64,000 nt of DNA, from positions 18,786,001-18,850,000 of the forward strand of contig NW_027266343.1 in assembly GCF_022045235.1 (NCBI RefSeq), in the 5' to 3' direction. This DNA is from Haliotis cracherodii (taxonomy: Eukaryota). The notes below the pieces were generated by a model. It searched no databases, was not told the origin of the DNA, and saw only the letters and a program-made list of their open reading frames with translations. Shown in pieces: positions 13,770 to 27,379 of the stretch; the stretch's first letter is position 1, and every line of letters begins with the position of its first letter. The translations under genes were made by a program, and so were the position numbers.

Positions 13770-14170
13770 CATCAATCTTTACTACTGAAGCCAAAGCTGT
13801 CTTAACAGCTTTGACCTATATTAACAACAAAATCAATCCAAAAAATGTCATAATCTTTTCAGATTCATTGTCTTGCCTTCAGCAAATTCAAAGTGTCCTC
13901 TCAAATCATTCCATAATCCTTGACATTTTAGAATGTTTCAATGATCTTTCTACTGGCCAGTGTGACATCGTCTTTGTTGGCAAAGGTAACTCAAAAGCCG
14001 ATGCTGCAGCTAAAGCAGCTCTTGACAAACCGTTATCTCCACTCCTTATCCCCGTACATCGATTTCAAACCAACTTATCAAAAGTTATACTCGGGATCTC
14101 ATGCAAAAAGGGTGGGACACCCAGGTAGGAATCAATGAACTTCAACGAATACTCGGTCATACCTACCTGG
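13770..14170 (+). mobile_element. I/Nimb/Ingi-clade LINE RNase H fragment
   Basis: SIFTTEAKAV...IIFSDSLSCLQ...GNSKADAAAKAAL. Confidence 0.75.
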
Positions 14171-14189
14171 GTTGTTAGTCAAGACATGA

Positions 14190-14358
14190 TGAGTGAGTGA
14201 GTGAGTATGGTTTTACGCCGCTTTTAGCAATATTTCAGCAATATCACGGCGGGGGACACCAGAAATGGGCTTCACACATTGTACCCATGTCGGGAATCGA
14301 ACCCGGGTCTTCGGCGTGACGAGCGAACGCTTTAACCACTAGGCTACCCGACCGCCCC
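14190..14358 (-). mobile_element. SINE family A (tRNA-Asp-like head, (ACTC)n tail)
   Basis: A box TAGCCTAGTGG, B box GGTTCGATTCC; TSD acatgatgag. Confidence 0.9.
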
Positions 14359-15169
14359 TAAAACATGATGAGGAGAGCCTGACGTGTTGCAGGCCTTAGG
14401 CGTTTCTCATGATCACTTTGAGCATGAGCCATGAACACCGGTATATGGTGCTGACAAACATAGGAACATAGTCGAATTCGATTCACGATCACCGCTACAG
14501 GTTTAAAAGGTTACAAATTTAAAAGACTATCCTGCTTGTTCCTTTGGAAATGGTCAATTAGGAGATAAACACAGTCATTCTACAATGACTAAATGAAATG
14601 CGAATTCTTTGGTGCTAGGAAATATTTTGAGTGAAGCGACAAGGGTTGAGTCCAGTGTTCTGAGAGGGTTATCGGTGTGAATTACGGATTCACCGACAAC
14701 AGCCTTTAAACAAAATATGGCGATGTATCTGCTCAGGCAGTTTGTTTACACCGTAATACTTCACTCGAACATGTGACAGACATTGACAGCATATAGGCAC
14801 GGTAACTTGGAAAACTAACATAAGGTGGGCACGCCTAAAGAAAACTAAGCAAGCTTTGCAAAGCCTTCGATCTACACCGAACGTCACCATTATGACGTCA
14901 TATCGCTCATTGTGACGTAAAATATAAGACGTCACAGTCGTGTATAGAAAAGCGCTAAATTACTAGCTCTCTGTTGTCCACCAAACTTAAAATACACTCT
15001 CTTTGTTGATTTCTATCGTGTTTTCTGCACGAAATGTACTGCCACACATCTTTTGAATTTTGTAACTTTACATTTTGTAACCTACAATTGTAAATGTAAT
15101 TATTTATATACGCCTACCGACAATGATTGAAAAAAGTTCTTTTCTATGAATATTAGCTTCCTCGGTGAT

Positions 15170-18100
15170 GCGGCCGTCAAACCAGCTGTTTTAGTCAGAG
15201 GAGGTTTATTGTGTTTTAATAGCCTCTGATTGACCAATCACAATCGACTAATTTCGAAATTCATGGTAGAATCAGCATTTTTACTCCATACATATGAAAC
15301 GAAAAATGACATCGACAGATACAACTGCTGACGAAAAACAATAGGATGGAGATATTGTTCCAGTATGACATGACCGGTAACCGCTAATGTATGTGGTGTC
15401 GGAAGTATTACAGATATAAAGACAGACCCATCAACTGCAACCACAACCAGAACTGTAATCTGATTGCGAAACCTCAAGCTTGTCATTATAATTCGTGGCT
15501 TTGGATAAATAAATTGTATTGGTTACAAAATATAGTGTTCTACGATCGGGCCTGGAGCCAAATTTTCCACAAACAAATATAACTGCCGGTAATGAATAAC
15601 CATTATGCATATAAAAATTACTGCCCTGTCTTGCTTCTGGGACAGTTTATGTATAACTCGTGACAGTGTAGAGATAAACCTGAAAACCAAAGTATGAACA
15701 AGTCTGTGACCCAAGAGGACCATAGTTTTATACAGTTACATCTCCTATAAAAATTAACATGGGTTATAAGCTTCCTCGTGGTCATAGATTAAAAAAGAAT
15801 ATTTCCTGGCAAAAAGCTAAACTGAGCCTTTTCGTTTGTTTGTTTTCTAACACTCAGAAATTTCCAACTTCATGACGAAGAGCTGCATGAATATACGGGT
15901 TAGAATATAGGTCTTCAGCAATCCATGCTTGCCGGAAGAGGCGACTATGCTTGTCAATCCAAGTCATTGATGTCATGAGCATCGATCCACGCAATTGGGA
16001 TACGATGACATGCATCAACAAAGTCAGCGAATTTGACCACCCGACCCCGTTAATCGCCTCTTACGACAAGCATGTGTTGCTGAATACTAGTACCTATTAC
16101 ATCATAATCCATTGAGTCCTTTTTCTCCTCTCCCACGCCATCGTGTGCCGATCTGAAGAAAGAGTCAGGGCAGTTCTTATTTTATTTACACAGGGATAGC
16201 CGAAGCGGACGCGATACCCGGCGGGCTCCTATGGGTATAGTTCTTTGCTATGAAGGAAATATCTTCCCGGACAACGGTAGCGGGACATGTGTAAATTTAC
16301 GTTGGCGGCATAATTATACGTATAGCCAGAAACCAAGCTGACAGATTAGTGAGTCGTGTCGTGCTTCGTATCTGATATGCTGTCTAGCCAGGAAGGAAGA
16401 GCCGAGAATACTTCAGCATGTGCATGATTTGAAGGTAATTCCTGAGCATTCGCCCTTAGTAAGATTTCCAGAAAATCCCAAGTGAATGTCACGAACATTG
16501 AATTAACGAGGTGAATTGTACGCCTCAGATACACGCCGTTGTCGAACCATAATTAATGTTGTACAAGAACTTGATGGCTTGTCTTTCGTTTTTTCTTTGA
16601 TGTTTTATATTTCTTTTAAAGTTTCCTGATATTGATTGTGTGTAGTCTGGCACTTTGTCTATATCGGCATTGTTTGCTGGTAAACATTCAACTGAGGCAT
16701 CTTTTTGTGAACCCTACACAGATACAATTATGTGATTTGTGCTTAAGCTAATACGTTCCACTAAATATTGTATACCACAAAGGTCATTTATCCGTATACA
16801 TCTTATATCCCGTTCACATGCACCTTTTCATGTATGTGTGAATATCCAGTGAGAATACTAATCTTGTAAACGTGTTTACTCATGTGTGTATATTTACACC
16901 AGGAGCAAATTTGTTTCATGTCTGGAGCAGGTGCAAAGGTGTAAATGTAACTTTGTACTGTATGTATGTGTTGTTATGTGTACGTTCATGCCTGTGTCAG
17001 AGGATGATATAATTAATATATCTGTTCATTTGCCAACACCAAACAAATTGTCAACAGTTCTGTATTTTGAAGTTGACGCTATTCAGTGTACAGCAATACC
17101 AACTTTAATGCGGACATCTAGAGCTGAGCGGACGGTGTTTTCTTTGGGCTTCATGGAGTAAAAAATGTGTGTACAGATTAAATCAAACACATGTTTCGTG
17201 CAAAGATTTTTGTACGGTAACTCTCTTCTCATTCGACTTTGATTGGAAAACTACCTTTTCATGTTGAAAGTCGTGAACAAACTGATGAATTTGAGTACCT
17301 TGCACCTTAACATACCTTATTTGCATACCTAATTATATAAGTTAATCTTCACGTGAACGCAGAGTAAACTAACATATACCCCGTTCACATGCACAACATG
17401 CAATAAGTAATTTTGTACATATGTAACTATACACACAAGTGTATATGTAGATTTACTATGCATTAACATGAAAATTAACTTAAGCGTGTAAATAAGGTAT
17501 GTCAATGGTGTGAGGCACACAAATTCATCGGTCTGTTCACGACTTTCAACATAAAAAGGTTGAGAGTTACCTTACAGAAACCTTCGCATGAAGCAACTTG
17601 TGTCTGATTTAACATGTACACCAATTTTTGACCCCATAGACCCAAAGAAATCACCGTCCACCCAGCACTGAATGTCAGCATAAAAGTTGGTATTGCTGTA
17701 GTCTGAATAGTATCATTTTCAGAATAGAGAAGTGACGTTGACATAAACGTTCACATTTCAACATATACATACAGTGCAAATTTACATTTACATTTGCACC
17801 TGCTCGAGACATGATGCAAATTTCCTCCTGGTGTAAACACACATGAGTAAACGCGTTCACATGACAAATATACTCACGTATGTTTTTCTACACGCGTATG
17901 CACACAAACACACATATGTATAGTGGCGCATGTGAACGGGGTATTAGTTAAACACAATCAAGTGTCTTACGACATGCATTCCTTCGTGTGTCTGAACGTC
18001 AATGTCTTTCTTGCATGAGTTTCAAGGTAACGATGTTGTAAACATATTATTAGTGTATGTTGGAAGGCTCCGGTAACCTAGTTGCCCAATGACAGGATAC

Positions 18101-18850
18101 CGCGATTCGCAGTGCTGGGAAGCATGCCAAACAATTTCTTGTATGATTGTGTGTTCGATTCCATTTCGTCACTGAAAGCAACCAACCCACCCACCACCTT
18201 TCTCACTCACTGGTGTCTGCTTATATCAAAAGTACTGTCCTCACAAAGACACTGTGGCGTAAGTGCACTGACCCTGATATTTAACATATTGTTCACAATT
18301 CCCGTGTTCCAAGTGTGCATTAATATCAAGTAACAAACTTTCATCCTAGCTGCTTTGCTATGTCTCCATCAGCAACTTATTCTAACACAATAACACCTCA
18401 AAAACAGAAGTAATGAATACAAATAGATCTCATCTCGATTTCTACCACCCTGGGAATTAACTTTTCACGCGAGGTAGTGCGCCTAAAACTGGCGTAGGAA
18501 ATAATGTCCTCTTATTCATTAACAGAGAAGCCACGGAAATAGTGTTCACCACGTATATATGAAGGGTTCATAATAACAAAACAGACTCTGATGAGATACG
18601 TGAATGTTTCAATCTTCAAGGATAAAAGCTGTTTCCGAATGTGGGAGGTTTATATTATGGGAGAAAGAAAGCGATAATAGAACAAAAATATGATTGACTC
18701 GTTTAAAAAGCTACACATCATGGCGGGTGCCAATGTTCTGAATTCATAACAGCACAATTTGAAAACATACTCTTGTATTTAGAATAAAAATGATTGAATC
18801 GAGCCACGGTTTGATGACATGAATACGAAACTCCAGGAGTATTCAATCGT
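15170..18850 (-). pseudogene. Decayed cGLR/Mab-21-like gene split by SINE/MITE insertions (core ~17960-18850, tail ~15170-15790)
   Basis: KLLMET / MKVCYLIL (~18320-18380), FVRTVLLI (~18235), THARKTL shared with 12295 and ~22240, and C-terminal EQYLHPIVF (~15345). Joining the two parts into one gene is inference. Confidence 0.38.
16806..17944. mobile_element. Two ~560-bp MITE copies in inverted orientation
   Basis: TIR TACCCCGTTCACATGC at ~16807, ~17377 and inverted at ~17929; 16868-17330 is the reverse complement of ~17485-17856. Confidence 0.75.
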
Positions 18851-19140
18851 TAAAAATATACATTATAATTTGTGTTCAAATTCCATCTTCAGAAAAATAT
18901 ATATCGTATTGTACATTTACAAGTACTGAAACAATTCCGATTACACATTCTAGATTTCTCGTGTCAACGACATATCCAAATAATTAAATTATTCCAATAT
19001 GTGCATGTTCACATCCGAATTTCAATTTATGCATACGAAATACTGAGTTCATCAAAGGCTGTTTGGACCTTATATCAGCATATATATTGATACGGATTAA
19101 AGTTCTGGCGTAAAATTACTCTTCATCTGTTATATACATA

Positions 19141-19295
19141 CAGTCAAACACCGTTGTGTCGAAGTTAAAGGGACGTACGTAAATACTTCGAGTTATCCGA
19201 GGTTCGACACAACCGAGAATGGTGAAAACAGAAGGAATATGCAAGGACCAAGCTAATGCTTCGAGACACACGTAACTTCGACACATTAAACATCC
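19141..19295. mobile_element. pogo/Tigger-type MITE end (related end at ~38665-38820)
   Basis: TA-flanked CAGTCAAACACCGTTGTGTCGAAGTT; its reverse complement followed by TA ends at 38820. Confidence 0.55.
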
Positions 19296-20094
19296 TCTTC
19301 TTTACAGATAGTATATTGATGCGCAGGGCACTTGTTTCACTCCACAATGCAACGCCGTTGAATAAATTCCGTTTAGATGACATGCTAGGATGGCTAGACG
19401 CTCACTAGGTACTTGAAAACAAAACTAATCAAGTTTCTAACTCCTAGCTCCCTCATTGTCATCAGACTGATCGCGTGACTTTGGTTAAGTCATTGTCAGC
19501 AGAAATTCAAACTGAAAACGTTCAGGGCCAAAACCCGTATATTTTACAAAACCCGTATATTTTAACGTCACGTTAACTTCCAAGCAACCGTTGAGACCCC
19601 CATGGCACGTTAGTCAACCATTTGATGTTAGTTGCAGAATCGAAAAAGTATAATCATTAAACATTTTCAATCAGTAATGAAGATTTAATAGCTGCTTATG
19701 CTTTTAAATGGATTAGTCGGAGAGACAATTTCTGCAATTTGTTGAATATGTGCAGAAGAAGTTACAGTTTCGTGTACTACTCGTCTGGTTTCGCGTTTCA
19801 ATTTTATCCATCATGTGGTGAGGGAGAAGTTGTAACGGACCACAAATGACCTACAGGTGATGTTAAACAACCCCGCAGTGAAATGTAAGGGAGCGTATGC
19901 AAGTATACTAGCAGAAAAACTAACTGTGCTACGTATAAAGTGGTGTAAATGTTGTGTTATTAAAAATAACAAAACAGTATTTTGTCATTCGTCTGACCAA
20001 TGCTTTATCATAAAAAATGTATCACAAGACCCATACCTGGTAACAGGAAACAGAACGCCATAAAAGAGGGGTGGTGTAACAACTCAATCAACAA

Positions 20095-20340
20095 TGTTAA
20101 TCTCGGGTGTGACCACCATATCCATTGAGACAGGCAGCGGCAGCGCATGGAAGACACGAGATGATTGAGTTGTCTTCCAAATGACAACCAAAGGTTTACC
20201 TACTGAGCTAGCGTTACCGACTGGTTCTGGTCCTGTCGTAGGCGTCGTTTATATCATCCCTGACATGTTCCATGGAGGAGTGGTCTGGAGAAACAGCCAT
20301 CCAAGGCAGAACGGCAATGCCATGCAGGCTCGAGTATATG
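20095..20340 (-). mobile_element. Tc1-like transposase C-terminal relic
   Basis: VLPWMAVSPDHSSMEHV resembles WPxxSPDLNPIEH. Confidence 0.55.
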
Positions 20341-20811
20341 GCTTCATTATTATGTATTGAAAGTAGCATTATTTAGTTTCAGAATAAATATAATTTATTT
20401 TAAAGGACTTTATATGAAGCAGTTATTTTTTCAGTTATATGTCTTCATGCCACCTGTTGACGCCACATCACTACGGGATACACCACAATGTCGACAAAGC
20501 CTTCGAGCTCTAGAAACTACACCCCAGAGCTAAGTCAACAACAAATTCGGAAAAATCTAAGACGTATCGATATCTAAACGGTATTTTTTCATATACTTTA
20601 AAAACTACTTCAACACCAGAGAATACCAAGGCTCGGTTATTGGGCGTAAAAGGCAAAATAGCGGTGGAAATTATATGAATTGATCACTGAAAATCACCAG
20701 GTATTCGCAAAAAGGGAAAGTATGCCTAATCCTACCGGATGCACCCACCACCTACACAATTTACATTAGAAAATAACGGTGTGTTTTATGACCTTACACA
20801 TCAGAATTCCT

Positions 20812-21490
20812 GGGTCATCTCCAATTTGTCAGACACCCCATTTGTCAGACAGCTTAAAACCACAACTTTTATGGTTAAGGGCACATCAGGCGTTGTAGTC
20901 CCTAAAATCCGAATAGACTAGTTCTGTCGTCAACAACTGTCTGACAACTGGTACAAAAGAAAACATAAATTATACAAATCAGTGTTTATTCTTGATATAT
21001 TATTGCTTTATACTTTGGAATATATTGCTCAGTTTAAGGAATTTTACATTATATGCATGAAGTAATATTACTTCCACATCAATGTCAATGTACTGTCAGT
21101 CACTGAAGCCAGAATTGGATGTGACGTACTCAACTTTGCGTTATGCAGCTCCCGCAGTGGTTTGGTATCCATTCTTCTGAACATGTGTCTTATATAATAT
21201 ACATGTAGCTACTCATTTCAGTAAAAACAACTCACTTACTTGATAACGGTGTTAGAACCTACACCGAAACGTTGTTCATCCATAAATTCTTATCCTTTCT
21301 TAGCGCTCCAACTCTAAATGCCTATCAAAGAAGCAGCTCGGATGAATTTAGTTATGAGATTAAACATATCTAAACGGTGAACATATCAGTGGCAACTGAA
21401 TAGAACTAAACTTTTATTTAAAAAGGTTTCGTTTCAGTTAAACAATAGTCCTCTGTCTGACAAAAGGGTGTCTGACAAATGGGAGGACCC
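20812..21490. mobile_element. MITE with ~40-bp TIRs
   Basis: GGGTCATCTCCAATTTGTCAGACACCCCATTTGTCAGACAG versus CTGTCTGACAAAAGGGTGTCTGACAAATGGGAGGACCC. Confidence 0.65.
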
Positions 21491-21659
21491 CCTTCTCCTG
21501 CCATGCGACAATCAAGTGTTGGTGGACCAGATAATCCAGTGACACGGTAGCGCATATGCTGATTTCGTTGAAAAGGCAATCGATTTAGTCATTGATTAAA
21601 TTTTATTTTACTTTCTGTAAGTTATTTAATTATTCTCTCGACGTGACAGTGTTCACAAG

Positions 21660-23400
21660 CCTTCCATTATAGGTAGCATATCTACAATAAGCTGAGATGA
21701 CTCTTATTGATTTGAAAGAAGACATTACCAGTAATTGATTATACAAATCGTGGAATTGTCAAGCTTTTGCATCATGACGGCATTCAACTTTAATATATAC
21801 CAGCTGATATTAGTTACATATCTTCAAACCTTCCCACAAACATATTTCTTCATAAGCGATCGACTTAACATAAAAAAAGGAATCATGCTTGGATGGAACC
21901 CTCTTTGCAAAGTTTGTCTTAAGCCGAGTCGCAAAAGATCATGTGCTTTATCGGTTCATTCTTCCAACGCGTGCAGTTTGCAATTTTTATATCAATATTG
22001 CTAGCTTGTAAAGCTTACTGGCGAAAAGTCTTTTATACCCCATGAGTGGTGTCTGTGTATCTATATCCGTAGTAATGAGACAGAGCCATCCATGTATCAC
22101 ACTCCACAACACAGTTGTCATTTTCCTTTGACCAACGACACCATTCTTGGTATCTTAAGACAGACAGACACATTAGGGCATTCACTTTGAAATGTCGACA
22201 CGAGACATGGAGGACGTATGTCTGAACCCTAATGTCTTTCTTGTATGTGTTCCAATGTTACGAGGTCTAGCGTCCTTGTACGTCTGTACACTTAATAGCG
22301 TCTATTAACGTATTGTGCCATAAGCTTCTCAAGGTATTTGACAAAAAAACTTGTTAGGAGCCATTCATTTTATCTCCTTGGGCAGGCGAAGATTTTTGTA
22401 TAAAGTGTCTGGTTCGGGAAAAAAAACTAATGAGATCTAAGTTTCTCTGACTTTAGTATTGTGTGATAAAAGCAGGACATACATCGCAAAAGTCGCAAAA
22501 GGTCTTTATCTTTATCCTGTGGAAGGACCCTCTTTATTGCAAATAACAAATATGCTCTTGTCTCATTTTCTTTCAACGGCTGTAATATACATTTATATTG
22601 GTGAAAAAAGCACATCTCTCCCTTGTATCAACAGAAATGTCAAGGGCCTATGATAAGACAAAGCTGTTCTGACCTGACTTTTAAACCTCTTTACATGTAC
22701 AGCATTGATGAAATAGGCGACTCCAGATGTATGAGATTGATAACGATCAGAGAAATTATACTTTATGTGTGCTCCATGAGGTGCGTGAATAATTAAAAGT
22801 TGACCATGTTGGTTAACCACTAATTACATTGATGCATTATGTAGTTAGAAAAAGTACTTAAAAAGTTATGTGTCGGAAAAGATTATCACAGTGTTGAAGG
22901 GTTATTCTAACCCTTTGAACTCTTTCTTTAGATCACAATCGTCTCTTTAACTTCACAGTTGATCCACACTTTAAGCTTTAGACCTACCGACAAATGTCGA
23001 TCAAGCAAGAGATCTGATCTTTTAAGCAGGGTTTACTCCGAGCCAATCAAGTAAACATTTGTTTGAGACTTCATGATGTCTTGGTGCTTTCTATCACGTC
23101 CGCGCAATTCAAGTCTCAGAACCACTAGTTTCTGTGTGATTGGCTCGATTACCAGGCAAAATATAATCAATTTCTATGTACTCTCGGGGATTTCAGGGTT
23201 ACAAACGCTTCCATGATTTGTGGTACCAGTGGAAACGACCCTGCCAATTCAGCTGTCTTTTTCATCGTTAGCATTCAGAGCACGTAGTCAATAGATCATT
23301 TCAATTCTCCTAGGAACACGCGGGCTGTTGAAACCACCTTCAGTTGTCAAATCATTCCTGTAGTGGCAGCACCGTCGCATATTGCTGACGTGAAATACTT
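21660..23400 (-). pseudogene. Decayed cGLR/Mab-21-like gene
   Basis: IDYILPGNRA (~23155), HAPHGA (~22780), FSPI*MYI (~22600), RAYLLFAIKRVL...SCFYHTIL (~22460-22560), LWHNTLIDAI (~22310) and DKAHDLLRLGL (~21935) occur in Mab-21 order. Nucleotide similarity to 11856-12450. Confidence 0.45.
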
Positions 23401-24345
23401 CATGTGATAATCAGGTCACATTATGTGTGTAATGGGCGGACAAAGCAACGTCTGCTGTTCGTTATCAGAAGGAATTGAAAAATATTTTCTTAATATTAAA
23501 TCAGTAGGTGTTACATTTCCAGCACACAAATAATGTTCGTGATGATACATTTGTATTATGTTCACGTTTGGCTTATACTCATGCCATTTACGCCATGTTT
23601 CGTTTTCCCCTTCAGATAAAGTGGGATTTCTTAGTGTTGCTATTCTAGTTAACGTGATCATTTGTAATATACAGTTGAGGTTAAAGCAAAATTGCATGAT
23701 GCTCCACTGATTTACTAACATGCACACTTTTTGAAAGGACATGCTCTGTCGACATGCATATGTATATGCATGGTTGTGTACGTGTATGTTCGTTTCCATT
23801 TAAACTTCAAATTTGACTGACATTTTACGTTCTTTCTTTTAAAATTTCAAAACATATTAAACATCTCCAAAAGAGATTATTAAATAAACATTACCAAGAA
23901 TGAAGATATTTATGATTCAAAATATCAGTACTTTTAAAACTGTGGAAAGACATTCAATATGCTCATCTCCAGGTTTAATAGCGCACAATTGGCACATGCT
24001 TCAAGAGCAATGATTTTAAGTTGTAATGTTAATTTGTAGGAGTCTGCTATCGATATTTAGGTCTGTATGTTGATAAATGTCGAAGGTTGTCATTGTCATC
24101 ACTAGAGAAGTCACCTGTCATTTTATGCATGGCCACATACTATTTGCAGTATCATGAGGTAGCGGAATTTACATCGTGGCTGCGACCACGTTCGACAACA
24201 TGTTCCTGTAATTGATCAACTTGGTTAATCTAGGAAAAAGAAACTGGTGGTGGGTCCAAAAGTTGCAAGGAATCACTGTCAAATAGCGATGAGACCAAAA
24301 AGGTAAGCGTATCCTGCCCCACCATCCGTCCCACACTCACACACA

Positions 24346-24385
<40 letters not shown>

Positions 24386-25800
24386 CACACGCACGCACGC
24401 ACGCACGCACACATGCATTAAAAGCAAGTCACACATTCACCAACAAAGACACAGGAACATATTGTACAAGTCTAAATATGGAATTGCATCGGACACCATT
24501 TTGGTCACTTATGCCTTAAATATGGAAATGTCCAAAAGAAAGACATTGTGACAGCTTCGTTTTTCATTTAGTATAGGCATTACATAGAAAGTGATGTGGC
24601 GTCAAAATGTCATACTTAGCGGGCATCCGTGTCACAGTATTAAATGTATAATGTCACATGACTACACAGACTTGAACATCATTTCTCAACATTACCGGAC
24701 TACTAATGGGCAATTGTGTCGAGTATGTTTAATGAAGGAACCCATCTGTATAAACAATAATGGAGAAACCACATGAGATCGAATGTTTTTTCGGTGTGTA
24801 CCACAGTGACAAACTCAAAGTATTATATGATGTTATTGATTTTAAGGACAGTATAGTAAGGGGTAAACAAACTCCAACATGTTCCTGTAATGGAACACTT
24901 TGGTTCATCTAGGAAAATGAAACTGATGGTGGGTCCTCAAAGTTGAAAGATTGGAAAATCTTTTGGAAAAACTGATATTTTTTCTGAGAATGTTACTTAC
25001 ATTAAGGCATCAATTCCGTTGTTTGCAGATTCAAAATTCAGGAACATGCTGTGTTCTTCTGAGTTTCTAGTTTGGCCACTCGTTTCAATGCAATACCAAG
25101 GACTAAACTTTAGTCGATACCATAGGTCCTTACTGTTTGTTGAGTCATCATCAGCAAACGTCTGGAGTCTTTTGATTTCTTTCAACGACATGTGGTATAG
25201 TCTTGTTCTAACTTTGTGCTGCCCCTATGTTTCCTGAAGCAGAGGCAACACATATTCCAAATAAATGGTATCTTTTTTATTTCGTCCTTTCTTGCGACGG
25301 CGGTGCCTTTAGGATGCCGGAGACAGGCTCAATACATTCACAGTTTGTTGGTTAGAAAGACTGCCAACGTCTCAGTTTTGTCATTACAACCATATGACAT
25401 TGCTGTACACAGCAGTAGAATCCACTGATTTTCTCTGTATATCATGTATGCCATATTATATGTTAGTGTCACTAGTGTCACATGAAGAAATACTGGTTGG
25501 AATGGGTCCGAAAGAAACATGTCCTCCACCTTTTCTGTACATTTTATGATGTAATTAGTAAATGAATCTTTGTAAATGTCTAATGTCGGTTTTATAATGC
25601 CTGCCAACTGACATACCATGTCGCAGTTTAACATGGATACAACCCTCAGACATGGTATACTGACTCCGAGACGACTAGTCCTTGTTTTGCCCCTTAATGC
25701 CGAGCGCCAGTCACGAAAATAAACAAGAACCATCTTTTTAACTTTTTGGGGTTTGACACGGCCTGGGATCGTACCACTAAACATCGTTTCTGCTGAAAGA

Positions 25801-25937
25801 GTGAGTAAAAATTCCCGCAATATCACGGTGGGGGACACCAGAAATTGGCTTCATCCATTGTACCCATGTCGGGAATCGAACCCGGGTCTTCAGCATGACG
25901 AGCGAACGCTTTAACCACTAGGCTACCCGACCGCCCC
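25801..25937 (-). mobile_element. SINE family A nested in SINE family C
   Basis: TSD tctgctgaaaga. Confidence 0.9.
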
Positions 25938-26543
25938 TCTGCTGAAAGACGGTCTATCCACTTATCCACGGAAGCGGTCCCTTTGTTTTGAAAATACAAA
26001 TTGCCTTAGAGATCATGGAGGCCTACTCGAGGCCTACAGTCTAGACCATATATTACACTAGTTCCGTATGTTGGACAACGTATGGGTGCGTCTTGGCCCA
26101 AACTGTTTCTCTTTTGTCTGTTCAAAAGCTAGTGACATGTCTCGGAGTCAAAATGACCACCAGCAGACAAATAGACTTGGTTCTTGTAAATAAAAGTACC
26201 TAAATTATAGGAAATCGCTGCCGAAAGCAGAGTCGATCGTACGATTCGGGTTGCATCATAAGCATACATGTATGTTTAGTAATCACTGTCAAATAGCGAT
26301 AAGACCAAAAAGGTAAGCGTATCCTGCCCCAACCTGTGCGTGGCATCCGTCACACACTCATGCAAGAAAAGAAAGTCAATCATTCACATGATCATTGCAT
26401 CGGACACCATTTTGGTCACCAATGCAACAGAAGAAGGACACTGTGACGGCTTCGTTTTCCATTTAGTATAGGTATTACATAGTAAGAGGTCAGGCGTCAA
26501 AATGTTATAGTTAGTGGCCATCCGTGTCACAGTATTAGATGTA

Positions 26544-27379
26544 TACTCTCCAAAAGAAGAAACGCAATACGGAGATTTTTGGCCATAAAAGCAAAATTAG
26601 CGGACTAAGAGGTGCAAATTGAAGAGGTTCAATGTGTTATAGTGTCAGTGACAAATGTCCAGGATCAAAATGATAGCAACAAGGACATTAGTCGGGAAAC
26701 ACGAACGATTCGGATAAACGCACCCAGTGCATTAGCAAAAGGGTCAAGGAGCTGCACGCACTGCAAGACTAGTGCAGCAGCACTATGAACGGTATCAAAG
26801 TGCAATGTTTTTGATTGCCTGTCATCTGAGTCATTTGAACAGTGACAGTTCAACAACATGCCAAGATTAATAGAAGTGCAAAGAAACAACGCTATATGCC
26901 GCTTGCAGGCAGGGGAATCCCGATCAGCTGTAGCCAGGGTTTTCAATGCAGCGCCCAGCACTATCACAAGGCTGTGGGATCGGTTTCAACAGCATGGGTC
27001 AACACGTGATCGGCCAAGATCCTATGGCTCAACGATACATCAACGAATTTCTCGTCAACCACAACCCAAGATTTTGCAGCAGTTGGCTTTTGCGTTGCAG
27101 ACTGGTGGGCTACCATTCCCCAGGATGTGATTCGCATACTCGTTTCTTCCAGTGGCAGAAGATGTCAGACCGCTATCGATTCCAATGGAGGACATACGCG
27201 TTATTGATGGTAGCTGACCATCACCTTGGACTTTTCCTATGTACCAACAACTGAGATGACTAGTAGTACAATCACCTCTACAGTGTTCTCTCAACAACAT
27301 TTTGGTTCAATACCTTGTACAGTTCCTCGTATACATGTATTTGCCTACCTCACACATGCGTTTCTTTTTTTTGATAGTA
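26544..27379 (+). mobile_element. Tc1-like deletion derivative with TA target duplication
   Basis: TIRs TACTCTCCAAAAGAAGAAACGCA / TGCGTTTCTTTTTTTTGATAGTA; MPRL...AVARVFN...RDRPRS fused to GGHTRY; the empty paralogous site is at ~24647. Confidence 0.88.

Noticed and set aside
19831-20081. Solo LTR (TGTAAC...TAACA)
   Set aside because: Imperfect termini and no TSD.
24997-25237. Host exon (64-aa ORF with splice-like flanks)
   Set aside because: It continues the PLE endonuclease-RT linker (FLNFESANNGIDAL).
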